Positions 37,053-49,446 are shown, counted from the first letter of the whole stretch. The stretch is 63,819 bases of DNA, filler included, from Octopus bimaculoides (GCF_001194135.2; 6 parts of 3 records of this genome joined end to end with filler, not necessarily neighbours in it); one strand, 5' to 3'. Made by a program: numbers and translations. Notes: generated by a model from the letters alone, not told the origin.

Positions 37053-40000
37053 TAAAATGCTATAAAATATTGAAAATCACTAGAGAGAATTTCATACTCT
37101 AAAAGAAAGATGTTTTATTCATTATAGCCTCTACCTTCACCTGTCACTGTTGTCTCTTAGATATATACACACATTCTCCTAATCCTATCTCATACGGATT
37201 GATATTGGCATATACATACTGGTTAATATGAGATTGTGAAATGCTATTCACTCAGAGATTTTATCAACTTGATATAATGCAGTATATTAAAAAAGAATAG
37301 TATTTTATGGCATAATTATTTGGAGTAAGAAGTGCAGCGCCCATGATCTTTGTAGGTATTGAGACTGGAGTGATAAAGGATGAATGAAAGGAATTCTTAT
37401 CTCATGCTACTGGAGGCAACAGTGCAGCAAGATATAAGGCTATCCTCTATTCAGGGATCCGATTTGAATCCTCTAAGAGAAAGACATTCAAGAGTCAGAG
37501 GTTGGTTCGTTTTGTTTTTAGATATTGAAACAAACTGCTTGCTGGACTGTTGGCTTCTGTAGGTTCCTAATAACGATCTATTCACGAAAGCACAGATAAA
37601 CTGACATCGCATTTTTGGACGCATAACATTGAAGGCTGCCACACTTCTAAAATGGTTCTAACTTAAACTTGTTCATTAGATTTCATTTTCTCATTTTTTT
37701 TCAGCTGATTTGAATTCACATGAGATTCAAAACACGCTTTGCTTGAAAATTCATGAAAATGAAAATTAAAAAAAAATACGTAATAACAAGTGATAAAATT
37801 AACAGGCAGGCAAAAACACAGTAACATTTAATTTTCTTTTCAATTTCAATATTCATATTAAAAATTTTTAGAAATCAAAACAAAACATAATACTCTCGCT
37901 TCTCTATCTCTTCCAATACACTTTATCTCGTTCTCTTTCTGTTTTAGGCAAAAGCATATGCATACAGTCACCATATAAGAATACAGCAAATATTAAGTTT
38001 TAAATCAATTTAAAGTTTCAGACAAATAGTATGAATGATTAGCACTAACAAGCTATCTCAAAATAACACTTTGATTGCTGCAGGCTGTTATATGAGGTCG
38101 TAAAGTGTATGTATTTGTATAGGCTTAGGAGAGTAAATAACAAAATAATGACGCCTATGTTGTAAACGCCCAAGAAACAGTTGAAAATTACGGAGACATG
38201 ATTTTTCGTTCTCTCGAAAGCAAGCTGTTCTTTAATAGCTGTTGAGATCTGACTGATAGCAAAAAACATCTTTATATTAAAATCTTCCAATCGAGTTGTC
38301 TTTTTCTATATAAGAAATGAGGGACCACAATCCATACTACAGTCTTTCTCAAGAGTGTCGGGTGTGACTTCATGCATCTTTGGTTGCTATTTTTAGCAGG
38401 TCAACCAGCGCTGGAGACGCGTCATTACCGATCAAACATAAATGTGATGAACGTCTCTATCTTAGAAACAACTCAGCTTTCCCAGAACGATATTATCGAA
38501 TGTTGCTTTCTTTTCAAGACGATATAATGTTATTTGAAAGCGATGTGACTTCCATTTGTAGCACGCTAAAAGAGCATGTGGAAGCCCCTTCATGGCCTCA
38601 TGTTACTAAGCAAAAAGAGTCACCTATAGGAAATTGTGTGTACATGTATGTAGACACAAAAAGAACTGGTAAAAAATAGTGGCCGCACACAGTGAATATA
38701 TCAGATTGACACTTAGTAAACGTTTTAGATGGAAAAATAGATATGACGTTTCGAGCATGGCTCTTCGATGGATAGAAGAAAAATCTTGAGAAGAGGGAAA
38801 GGAAGAAAGAATAGATAATACAGAGAAAACCACATGTGTTGTTATATAGCTGTGTATGTGTGTTTATACGTATCGGTTTCTGTGTCCTTGTGTGTTATCA
38901 TTAAACGTACAAATTGCTCGTGTGAATAAATCTTCTATGCATGCCTGCAAGTGTGAGTGCATGTTCGCATGTATGTATTCATATGCGTCTACATATCATA
39001 TATATTAATATATAAATGTATAAATACTTGTACGTGTACATATGCTTATCTAGAGGTAATATTTATCTCCACTTATACGTGGCTGTTCTATTAGAACACA
39101 CTTTACTGCAATAGTTGCCATGACAGAAACTTTTACATTGGCATTTTGCTTTCTTGGTTATATCGCTTGCGAGGAGATAAATCTTTACTGTCTCCAGTGG
39201 CAAGACCCCCAGGTCACGTGATTTCGGCCTGATTTGGTCTTATCAATGATGGGCACTCGACCGCTAGAGATAGCAGCGATTCATTTCCCACCAGCGATAT
39301 ACAGATTGACAGTGACAGAACAGGCACTGGTGTTGCGATTAGCTAGTTAGCTTGTAATATATATATATATTAGCGACAGAGGCAGTGTTAATATCGCGAG
39401 GTAATATATTTATCTCCACTTAACATTGGCTATACTATTAGAACAAACTTTACTGCGGTTGTTGCCATGAGAGAAACTATCACATACATGTAGATAACTA
39501 TACATACATATATGTGTGTATACGAAGACATATACATGGATGAATGTGTGCACATATGTGTGTGTGTGTGTGTGTATCTGCCACTTTGTGCGCAGGTATG
39601 TATGTTTAAACATGTATAGTTGTTGTTTAGTTGTTAAATGAAAGATACTTTACCTTTTAGTTTTTTATCTTAAATTTTTAATTACAACAACTCCTCAAGA
39701 GCTAGATGATATTAAAAATGTCACGTGACTCTACTGAGGTCTGAAAGACGATTGAAAATCTTCATATATAAAAGAATAGTAGTAGCAGTAATTTATGAAA
39801 ACTTTCATCAGTCACGTGAGTAGGCACTTTACATTGTTCTTGCCAACCACCAGGTAAATGTAAAGTTTCGTTTCAAAACTAATTTTTTTTTCAGGAATAA
39901 CAATAAAAATTAGATGATTTTTTCAATTTAATTCAACTTTTCGTCTAAAATTAAAAATCAGATGAAAAAATGAAAAAATAAATACAATTATGTTGTTTTA

Positions 40001-40532
40001 GTTCACTACATAATGTTTGATCTGTTAGTCTGCTTAAACTATTTAATACAAAGCATCTAAATAGCTCATAAAACCTTTTCCTAAAAATATAAAATGCCAA
40101 ATGATTCAAGGTTCATATCAGTGGCGTTTCCTACATCATCATTTTAAATGTTTTAAAAAAGAAAATGAACTGAAATATTAACTTAGAAACGAAGGTTTTC
40201 AATTAATGGCTGTTTGCTAAGAATTCTGCAGACTACAAACTCATCTGGTTTGTTAAAGATAGAAAGCCTGTTGCTTCCGACAATGAAGTTTAAAGGTTTC
40301 TAAGCGGAATTCCGCTTTCCGTATAGCGACATTGTATTCTGAATATCAGTCAGCTTTTGGAAAAAAAAAGGAACATCTAAGGCCAAAAACTGAAGAGCAG
40401 AGAAAGAAAAAATATTTAGCTGCATTAATTTTTCTTTATTCTGTTTAAATACGCACACATACATCGGGGGTAAACCCTTGCTCTTAAACTAGGGAAAACA
40501 ATTTTGATAATTAAAATCTCATTGAAGCAGTA

Positions 40533-41330
40533 TACACAGGGTGGGTGGAAAGTAACTAGGCATTAGAAATTGCTTATAAAATTTTTAGATCACTGAAGTC
40601 CTGACGAAAACAGTTTTAAACAGACAACACTAATGGGGATTTCTTGTTTATTGTCTTATTTCTTATTTCTTATTTTCCAGATTTCCGATTGCTTGACTGT
40701 TCAGATACGAGCTAAGATAGCAGCACGCTATGAAGTGTGGAATTCCACTGTTTTAGTTCAGAGATGGTGGGGTGCGTGGAAAGGTAAGCATGCAACACTA
40801 CGTCCAGAGACAATAAAAAGTTGTTATGCAAAGCTGATGACCACGGGCTCTGTGGACAATGCAAGAAGTGGCCGTCCAACCACATCCCGATCAGTGGAGA
40901 ATGTGGCAACAATACAGGAAATATTGAATCGCAGCCCGCAGAAATCAATACCTCAAGCAGCTCGTAAAAGTGGACTAACAAGACACACAATACGTACGGT
41001 ATTGCATAAAGAATTGAATTTTCGTCCGTGGAAACCCCATTACGAGCAGGAGCTAAAATCTGAAAACTGTGACCGCAGAAGTTCAGATCTCATGCCATGT
41101 AATTTTTACCTGTGGGGTTACACAGTAGAGGAGATATACCAAACAAAGCCTCGCACACTGGAGGACTTGGACATACAGATTCAGGAGGTTCTTACTGATG
41201 TCCCAGACGACGACCTTCAGAAGGCTATTCATTCCATACTTGCCTATTTGAGGAAACTGGTTCACGCTACTGATGTTTACATTGAAATATGGAGATTTGC
41301 TTTCATTTTCTCATGCAATAAAGAATAATA
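40533..41330 (+). mobile_element. Tc1/mariner-superfamily (rosa/DD41D-like) element with internally deleted transposase
   Basis: The left end reads CACAGGGTG. The ORF has an N-terminal HTH region (STVLVQRWW...TIK...TGSV...RSGRP...SPQKS) fused directly to SSDLMPCNFYLWG (cf. SPDLTPCDFFLWG). No right TIR was found. Confidence 0.85.
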
Positions 41331-41478
41331 TGTAATTATGTAATTATTTACGTTATTTACAATTGACGGATATTTGTCCTCATCCTGTTTGTTGTTAACA
41401 CCCTCCAGCCTTCATCAGATGTCTTGGGTACAATTCGAACCTGGATTTTCATTCCTAAGGTATTTTTCGATGTTATTA

Positions 41479-41514
<36 letters not shown>

Positions 41515-42200
41515 TCACTGCCTGGAATTGAATTCGGAATCTTGGGATTAGTAGCCCGCGCTCTTAACCACTACACCATATGCCCGTGGGCAACAATGAA
41601 GTGAATTTTAGGGCTTATAGATCTAATATTCTCCTATCCTTCCTTAATACCTTTTCCTATATGCTGTTTATATCTGCACTCAGTCTGCTTAGGAGGTTGT
41701 TGTGTCTTAGCATATGTGCTGCTTCTTTTAATTTTCATATTTTCCAGTGGTGTTCTCGTTCTGTCTATTATTTTAACTTCATCCCACAGGGGGAGATGGT
41801 CTCCATTTTTCCATACATGATCAGCTATACCCGATTTATCAATATCTCCCCGTGTCACAGCTTTGTGAGGTTCCTCTACTCTTATTTTGAGGGGGCGACA
41901 TGTTTCGCCTTTGTATAACCTACCACAGCTGCATGGGATGGAGTACACGCAGTTCTTCGTCATATTCTCTTCTATTGGTGGTTTTACTCGAAGGAGATAT
42001 TTGCGAGGTGTTGTATTACTTTTGAATACTGTTCTGATGTCATATGGGCCGCATATCTTTTGTATATTTCCGGAGAGGCCTTTCACATAGGGTAGACAGA
42101 CTGAGGACAGTTTATTAGTTTCATCCTCTCTTTTCTTCCTAATTGGCGTGGAGAGTATGTTTTAATAGAGCATGTTATCAGTGATCGTAGGTTAAAGCCT
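41330..42200 (-). mobile_element. Penelope-like element: thumb/GIY-YIG end plus 3' module (tRNA-like head, (TAA)n, hammerhead remnant)
   Basis: CLPYVKGLSGNIQK...VYSIPCSCGRLYKGET...IADHVW...EAAHML. The native stop is at 41615-41617, the tRNA-like segment at ~41513-41585 and CTGATGA at 41412-41418. Confidence 0.85.
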
Positions 42201-42729
42201 TTGGACAGGAATGGCTAGGGACATATTCCGTTGCGATGTTGCAGGCTCTTGGAAATGTAGAGACATTGAGCAGTTCCTGGTGACACTTCCGTGTCTTCTG
42301 AGTTTATTTCAAACCAGCCACACCCTTCGGTAGGATTACCAGGCCAGGAAGTTATCCATGGTAGTTCTCGGTCTGAAAGTCCTCCAAAACCGACCAGCTA
42401 GTTCGCCCTTGTCGACGCCCAGAGTTTCTCAAGAACGTCATCGCTCTTATTTCCATTAGATCTCAGTATATTGGTAAGGTAGGCAGTGAGTATCTGAAGA
42501 CATTTCAAATGCAAGGTGCCCTATCTTTTCGTTTTCTTTACCCAGGAATGAAGATCTCTCAAAGTAATGAGCTACGGAAAGAGGTGTCTTAAAAACGGGA
42601 CCACAACGGTTTAATATCCAGGAAAATCTGTAGGTAGCGTGGTTCCAACGCGTGTGTGGGTATCAGCAGTCACGGTAAGCTAAGCCTGCCTTACAGAGCG
42701 TGACGGCTATATTAATAATTCTTCCAAAT

Positions 42730-42989
42730 TTTTTGCACAAAACCAGCAAAGTTCGAAGGAGCGGGTAAGTCGATTTCATGAACTCCAGTAACTAACACGT
42801 ATTTTATTTCAATTGATTCGGTAAAGATGAAAGACAGAGTGGAATTCGGTGGCATTTAAACACAGAACGTAAAGGAAGATGAAATGCCGCAAAGCATCTT
42901 GTCTGGCCTGCTAACAATTCTACCAGTCTGCTACCTTATAATAGTAGTAATAGTAGTAACAGTAGAAGCGGTAGTATTAGTATTAGTAT

Positions 42990-43088
<99 letters not shown>

Positions 43089-43320
43089 TAATAATAATTT
43101 TTTCAAATTTTGCTACAAGGCGCAGCAATTTCGAGGTGGGGTGGGATAAACAGAATATATCGATCCCAGTGTTCGGCTGGTACTTATCTTATCTACCCCG
43201 AAAGGATGAAAAGCAAAGTCAGCCGCGGCGGAATTTGAACTCAGAATGTAAAGACGGAGGAAATGTCCTTAAGCATTTTGTCCGGTATACTAACGATTCT
43301 TCAACCAGCCTGCTACCTTA
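42730..43320 (-). mobile_element. Two family A SINEs (42730-42930, 43100-43320) separated by (TAG)n(TAA)n
   Basis: Same motifs in reverse complement. The microsatellite abuts the 3' end of the right-hand copy. Confidence 0.72.
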
Positions 43321-43325
43321 GTAAT

Positions 43326-43445
43326 AACAATGATGATGACGATGACGACGGCGACGTTGATGATGATGACAATGTTGATGATGAGGATGATGATAAAAAT
43401 GATGATGATGATGACGACGACTACAACGATGATGATGGTGATGAT
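43326..43445. repeat. Imperfect (GAT/GAC)n tract
   Basis: Direct reading. Confidence 0.9.
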
Positions 43446-43964
43446 CAGTTGAATGAAAAATGTTACCTAGACAAATTCATGAGAAAACAAAAGGCAGAAA
43501 GCGAAAGCATTGGAGATCATGAAATTGAGACAGTTTTGATACTGGTACACGCGACACATTGTCTCTATTAAAATGTATGGCACACCATAAGTGAAATATT
43601 TGTTCAAAGCAGAATGGTATTTGAGGCTGTGATTACATTAGACTTTCCATGTCATCGATAAATTTCATGCTGAGAATGTTCAATTAAATACATTCATGTC
43701 TTATGGTTAATCTCATCGGAACCATTGATTAATATATTTTAATGACGACTACTGGTTAACATTACATAAAACGTAAAAGGAATGGAAACACAATACCGCA
43801 AATTACTTAAAATCGTAAAACATAACTTTGGTTTTAAGATATTATTATTAGTTATTATTAATAAAATAAATAACAACAACAAGTGTACAAGTGACCATTA
43901 AGTAAAAGTCGATAAATGGTTAATCTAAAATTTTATTTCTAATTTATAATTATAATTGAGGGCA

Positions 43965-44210
43965 ACAAAACCTCCGATCTGTGGCAGAAAGTGTCGTTCG
44001 TGCCATATCAAAGTAGAAGATATCAGTCATATCAGCAGCAGCTGTTCAAAAGAATTGCTAGACCTTCGTATGAAACATTGCATTTTCGCAAAAAACTGTC
44101 TGCATTGCTATCTGCTGGATGACCATATTAAAAACACCAGATACAGGTTACAAGAAAAAACATGAGGTATTGATCAAAACTGTCAAAATGTCGTTTATGC
44201 AATGACACAA
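43965..44210 (+). mobile_element. R4-like CCHC zinc-knuckle fragment
   Basis: RKCRSCHIKVEDISHISSSC resembles the CCHC knuckle of the R4-like copy at 59585-61237. Confidence 0.5.
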
Positions 44211-44297
44211 ATCTTATGGGTTTTTGTAGAGCAAAGGAGAGGAGACGAGATACCATGATTGCACTGCCGCCAACTTCATACTACATCAACACCAAAG

Positions 44298-44330
<33 letters not shown>

Positions 44331-44469
44331 TCATCGTCGTCGTCGTTGTCATCATCATCGTCGTGGTCGTCGTCGTTAATGGCAGCGTTCAACCACAACA
44401 GCTATGACTGCAACGACAGCTGCAGAGACGCATACAGCGATGCCAGTAAACATCCAATAGCAATATAAA

Positions 44470-44850
44470 CTATAACAATACTATTCTATATTTTTGAGAT
44501 AAGGAATTATGTACATTATTTACAATGGACGGATGGGTGTCCTCACCTTGTTTCGGCTGATGTACTCTTCTGCCTTCATCACGTGTTCAAGTGGAATTTC
44601 GAACCCAACCCTTTATTTGACTAACGGGGTACACGTTGATATTATTTCCTAAGTCCCTGCCTGGGATTGAACTCAGAATCCGCGACTTAGTAGCCCGTGG
44701 TCTTATCCACTACGATATATTCCTGTAGGCAATTATAGGTTGGATTTTTGGGGCTATAAATCGAATATTGTATCTGTTCTTAATACCGGTTCCCATATTA
44801 CATTAATATCTGCACTAGGTCTACTTAGAATGTATTAGTAACACTCACTG
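44470..44850 (-). mobile_element. Second, diverged copy of the same Penelope-like 3' end
   Basis: The last ORF codons align with 41615-41700. A tRNA-like segment at ~44651-44722 has the same CTACTAA loop, and GTGATGA-AGGC...GCC-GAAAC lies at 44550-44582. Confidence 0.75.
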
Positions 44851-44909
44851 AGTATGGGTTCGGGGCATCCGTATATAGCAAGCCGACCTTAAACTGGACA
44901 ATACCTCAG

Positions 44910-45175
44910 ATTAACCATTAACTTTAGCAACACACTTTATTTCACGTTGCTCCAGTTCACTCAGCTGTTGAAATGAGTTGTGACGTCACTGGTGCGAAGC
45001 TGTATCGGCCTTTAGCTTTCCCTTGGTTAACATTAGTAGCATGGAGAGGGAAGTTTTGGATGTATGGTCGACTGCTGGTCCTCCATAAACAACTTTGCCC
45101 GGACTTGTGCGTCGGAGGGTAACTTTCTAGGGGCAATCTCATAGTCATTCATGACTGGAGAAGGTCTTTACACTT
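44910..45175 (+). mobile_element. 5'-truncated SINE-like repeat with CORE/V-like domain
   Basis: TTTCACGTTGCTCCAGTTCACTCAGCTGTTGAAATGAGT resembles conserved SINE cores (from memory). Confidence 0.45.
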
Positions 45176-45439
45176 TACCCTTTTAGATAGATATACATAC
45201 ACACGCACGAACGCTCACACACACACACACACACACATAATTGTCACTAAATGCAACTAAAGGTGTCAGGACACCTACATTGCTAGATATAAGAGTTAAA
45301 ATGCTCCAATGCTGTAGGGAAAACACATAATTGTATAGGGAGAATTCACAATATATATATANNNNNNNNNNGGACACCTACATTGCTAGATATAAGAGTT
45401 AAAATGCTCCAATGCTGTAGGGAAAACACATAATTGTAT

Positions 45440-45840
45440 AGGGAGAATTCACAAAAAAAAAACAAAAGACGAAGACAGGTTGTGTAGATAACAAACAGAT
45501 GTATTAGTTTCACGTTCGGGAAGTGAAAAAGTCCTTAACATTTCGAGCCTACGCTCTTCCACAGAAAGGAACACAGAAAGAAACAAAGAAAGAAAATAAA
45601 GAATGTGTAGTGGCTAGCGATCTATCATGGCGAATGCTGGACAGAGGGGTCACACAAGAGAGCTAGAAAGAAGGGGAGATAATAAAGTCTAGTGATCCCA
45701 AAACGAAGGTGCGTGTGCGTGTGTATAAGCATGTAAGTCCGTGTGGAAGAGAGTTGGTGATCTTGACGTGTGCGTGTGTGTATGTATAGGTGTATGGAAA
45801 ATTGGTGTCGGGCTAGGAAGTGGTCAGTGCTAGTGTGTGC
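45440..45840 (-). mobile_element. Probable Penelope-like terminal repeat with variant hammerhead-like motif
   Basis: CTGTGGA-A-GAGC GTAG GCTC-GAAA at 45541-45564. The downstream ~90 nt is homologous to 56741-56840. Confidence 0.55.
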
Positions 45841-46915
45841 GTGGTGGTGTGATGTGATGTGGTATTGTATAGTATGGTGGTGTATGGTGTAGTGGTGTGT
45901 AGTATGGTGTGATGGTGTAATGGTGTGTAGTATGGTGTCATGGTGTATAGTATGATGTGATGATGTGTGTGGGGGAGGCGAGAGTAAAGAAAGCAAGGGT
46001 GAGGTGTGGGTTAGGCTGAGGGTGGGGTAGAGGTGGGGAATGTGGGTAGGATGAGGGTGGGGGTAGAGGTGGGGGTATGTGAGAGTGGGTTAAGGGATGA
46101 TATGTGGGTGTGCTGCGATGAATAGGGAAGGTGGGGGTTGGATTGTGTGGGGTGGGGTTACGAGAGAGGGGTGACGATGAAGAGANNNNNNNNNNNNNNN
46201 NNNNNNNNNNNNNNNNNNNNNNNNNNNNNNNNNNNNNNNNNNNNNNNNNNNNNNNNNNNNNNNNNNNNNNNNNNNNNNNNNNNNNNNNNNNNNNNNNNNN
46301 NNNNNNNNNNNNNNNNNNNNNNNNNNNNNNNNNNNNNNNNNNNNNNNNNNNNNNNNNNNNNNNNNNNNNNNNNNNNNNNNNNNNNNNNNNNNNNNNNNNN
46401 NNNNNNNNNNNNNNNNNNNNNNNNNNNNNNNNNNNNNNNNNNNNNNNNNNNNNNNNNNNNNNNNNNNNNNNNNNNNNNNNNNNNNNNNNNNNNNNNNNNN
46501 NNNNNNNNNNNNNNNNNNNNNNNNNNNNNNNNNNNNNNNNNNNNNNNNNNNNNNNNNNNNNNNNNNNNNNNNNNNNNNNNNNNNNNNNNNNNNNNNNNNN
46601 NNNNNNNNNNNNNNNNNNNNNNNNNNNNNNNNNNNNNNNNNNNNNNNNNNNNNNNNNNNNNNNNNNNNNNNNNNNNNNNNNNNNNNNNNNNNNNNNNNNN
46701 NNNNNNNNNNNNNNNNNNNNNNNNNNNNNNNNNNNNNNNNNNNNNNNNNNNNNNNNNNNNNNNNNNNNNNNNNNNNNNNNNNNNNNNNNNNNNNNNNNNN
46801 NNNNNNNNNNNNNNNNNNNNNNNNNNNNNNNNNNNNNNNNNNNNNNNNNNNNNNNNNNNNNNNNNNNNNNNNNNNNNNNNNNNNNNNNNNNNNNNNNNNN
46901 NNNNNATATATATGT

Positions 46916-47260
46916 GGAGGTGCAATGGCCCAGTGGTTAGGACAGCGGACTCGCGGTCATAGGATCGCGGTTTCGATTCCCAGACCGGGCGTTGTGTGTG
47001 TTTATTGAGCGAAAACACCTAAAGTTCCACGAGGCTCCGGCAGGGGATGGTGGCGAACCCTGCTGTACTCTTCCACCACAACTTTCTATCATTCTTGTTT
47101 CTGTTGTACCTGTAATTCAAAGGGTCAGCCTTGTCACACTGTGTCACGCTGAATATCCCCGAGAACTACGTTAAGGGTACACGTGTCTGTGGTGTGCTCA
47201 GCCACTTGCACGTTAAATTCACGAGCAGGCTGTTACGTTGATCAGATCAACTGGAACCCT
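46916..47260 (+). mobile_element. tRNA-derived SINE family D
   Basis: A box TGGCCCAGTGG and B box GGTTTCGATTCC. The body is highly similar to 14185-14440. Confidence 0.85.
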
Positions 47261-48109
47261 ATGTATTCACCATAGAAATTTATAGATGATTTATAGATGC
47301 TTTAACGAATCGCTGTGTATACAAAAGTTTATTTACAAAACAAAAGATTTTCATCCCATATTATTTCAGTTAAATTTATAATTGTTTCAAGATGGTGGTT
47401 AATGATGTTTGCCAAGCAAAATAGTGTACAAATTATATGTGCTGTCCGTTTTTCTAATTTTTTTCTTTATTATTTGCACAAAGTTTTCTAAATTTTTCTT
47501 AACATGTTTGATGCACCAGTTCATTGTAGATATTGTTTGTGTTTACTCCTAATGGTTTTGGAATCCGAGGATGAAATTCAATGAGGGAACGGCTACTAAT
47601 AATCAATCGATGTCATTTTCAGACAATATTCAGTTCTAATTTTGTTAATTATAATTGGCTTTTGAGAACCATTTGAATCGTTTCGATATCCCCGTTGCTC
47701 TTGTTTTAAATTTGTTGTTTTCTGAATAATTATTTATTCTCTGCGATAATATTGCATTAAGTGTTTGTAGGCTATACACAGACAGCTATCAACATGTCAT
47801 TTTCAGATTTTGTTCAATGTTCATTGTTTATTCAATTTTCCTCATCACTGATCTATTTATACGTTGTTTCCACTACTTATGTTAAGTATTTTAACCAAAT
47901 GTTTGGTGTTTTACCACTTGTTGGTGCCTTGTAGTTGTTCAAATATCCTAATCTCTAAGCTCCAAGCTGATTTACACGATTACTCAGATGCTGAATTCAC
48001 ACTGTTGTCCATTGTGGTCCATTAACTTTTTTATTTCCCGAGCGCCCTAGGAATCATACGGTCAGTTACTGAGATCACAACATTTCCCCTGAGCAGAGTT
48101 CATGTCTAA

Positions 48110-48300
48110 TAGCTTTGAGGGAAGGAGACGAGTCGATTACATCGAACCAGTACTTGACTGATGCTTCATTTTATCGACTCTAAAAGGATGAAAAGCATAG
48201 TCGACCACAGTGGGATTTGAACTCAGAGCGTAAAGAGCTGGAAGAAATGCCACTAAGTATTTCGTCAGATGAGTTAACGAATCTGCCAGTTCCCCACCTT
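48110..48300 (-). mobile_element. Family A SINE
   Basis: GTCGATTACATCGA...AAAAGGATGAAAAGCATAGTCGACC...ATTTGAACTCAGAGCG...TCTGCCAGTTCCCCACC. Confidence 0.72.
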
Positions 48301-49232
48301 ATCATCCATTGTAGTTCATGGTAATAATTCTTTTGGTGACCATACGCTTCTATAGAATTCTTCTTCAGCTGTTGCTACACTGATTTCTATTTTATTTTAT
48401 TATTATTTCTTGAAAATTGTTTTGGGCGGGAACTGAGCATTTTCTTTTGATTAAAGAATCATTTTCATCTTCAAAGAATTTGCTCTAAGAATCTTTATAT
48501 GATGAAAGCCGTTTTGTAAGTTAAACAGGAACTATTTTTCAGTAGTTATTCTATTTCGCCTCATTTTTTTTTGCTATCTTATATTTCTGTAGTAACTGTC
48601 TCTTTCCATATTTTGCTTTCAGCTCTATCTTTTCTGTATTGATTTCATTAAGGATTGAAAGATATATTTTTATTTTTGTACTTTTACTGTACCTTTGTCT
48701 TCCAGGCTATTTGTTTCGGTTTTTGATGTTCCAGTTTGAAAAGATCTGAAATATTCACATTTATTTATAACTAGTGTGGGAGATACTGAGCTTCAAAACT
48801 ATTTTTGTCAGGCTACTTATCATAAACTCTTAACAGTGTGAATGAAAAATTGAAATACAAACAGAAATTCTATAACTTTTATCAGAGATTAATAAAACCT
48901 GTTTATGACTGTATTTGATTAAAGATCTAAAACCTAATTTTTGACGAGTCTGTGTTCCATGAAATATCTACATACAATAATGAAGCTTTATAAAAGGACA
49001 AGATATAAAGATAAAGTGCAATACATATATAGCAAGTAGATATGCAATACAAATATAATAAATACATATCGAATACATGAGCAGTAAGTACATATACGAT
49101 ACAATTACAACAAATACATATACAAGTTCATATACAATACATTTAAGAATACATATGCATTACATTTACAACAAAATGCATTAACAATGAATATATAAGT
49201 ACATATAATTACATGTACAAGTACGACACATA

Positions 49233-49446
49233 TTCTTTTCAATTCTAGGCACAAGGCCCAAAATTCTGGGGGAGTGGGCCAGTCGATTAGATCGACCCCA
49301 GTACGCAACTGATACTTAATTTATCGACCCCAAAAGGATGAAAGGCAAAATCGACCTCGGCGGAATTTGAACTCAGAACGTAAAGACAGGCGAAATATCG
49401 CTAAGCATTTCGCTCGGCGTGCTAACGTTTCTGCCAACTCGCCGCC
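49233..49446 (-). mobile_element. tRNA-derived SINE family A, best-preserved copy (~215 bp)
   Basis: The head GGCGGCGAGTTGGCAGAAACGTTAGC...GAGTTCAAATTCCGCC has A/B-box-like motifs. The centre is GCCTTTCATCCTTTTGGGGTCGATAAATTAAGTA (resembles Meta/MESC-type SINE cores, from memory), and the tail is CCTTGTGCC. More than 15 copies occur in the window. Confidence 0.85.

Noticed and set aside
38045-38680. Possible highly decayed PLE reverse transcriptase next to the 38750 hammerhead-like motif
   Set aside because: Similarity is impressionistic only; no clear RYVDD or GAMG motif.
45263-45452. Direct repeat across a 10-N gap
   Set aside because: Same overlap artefact.
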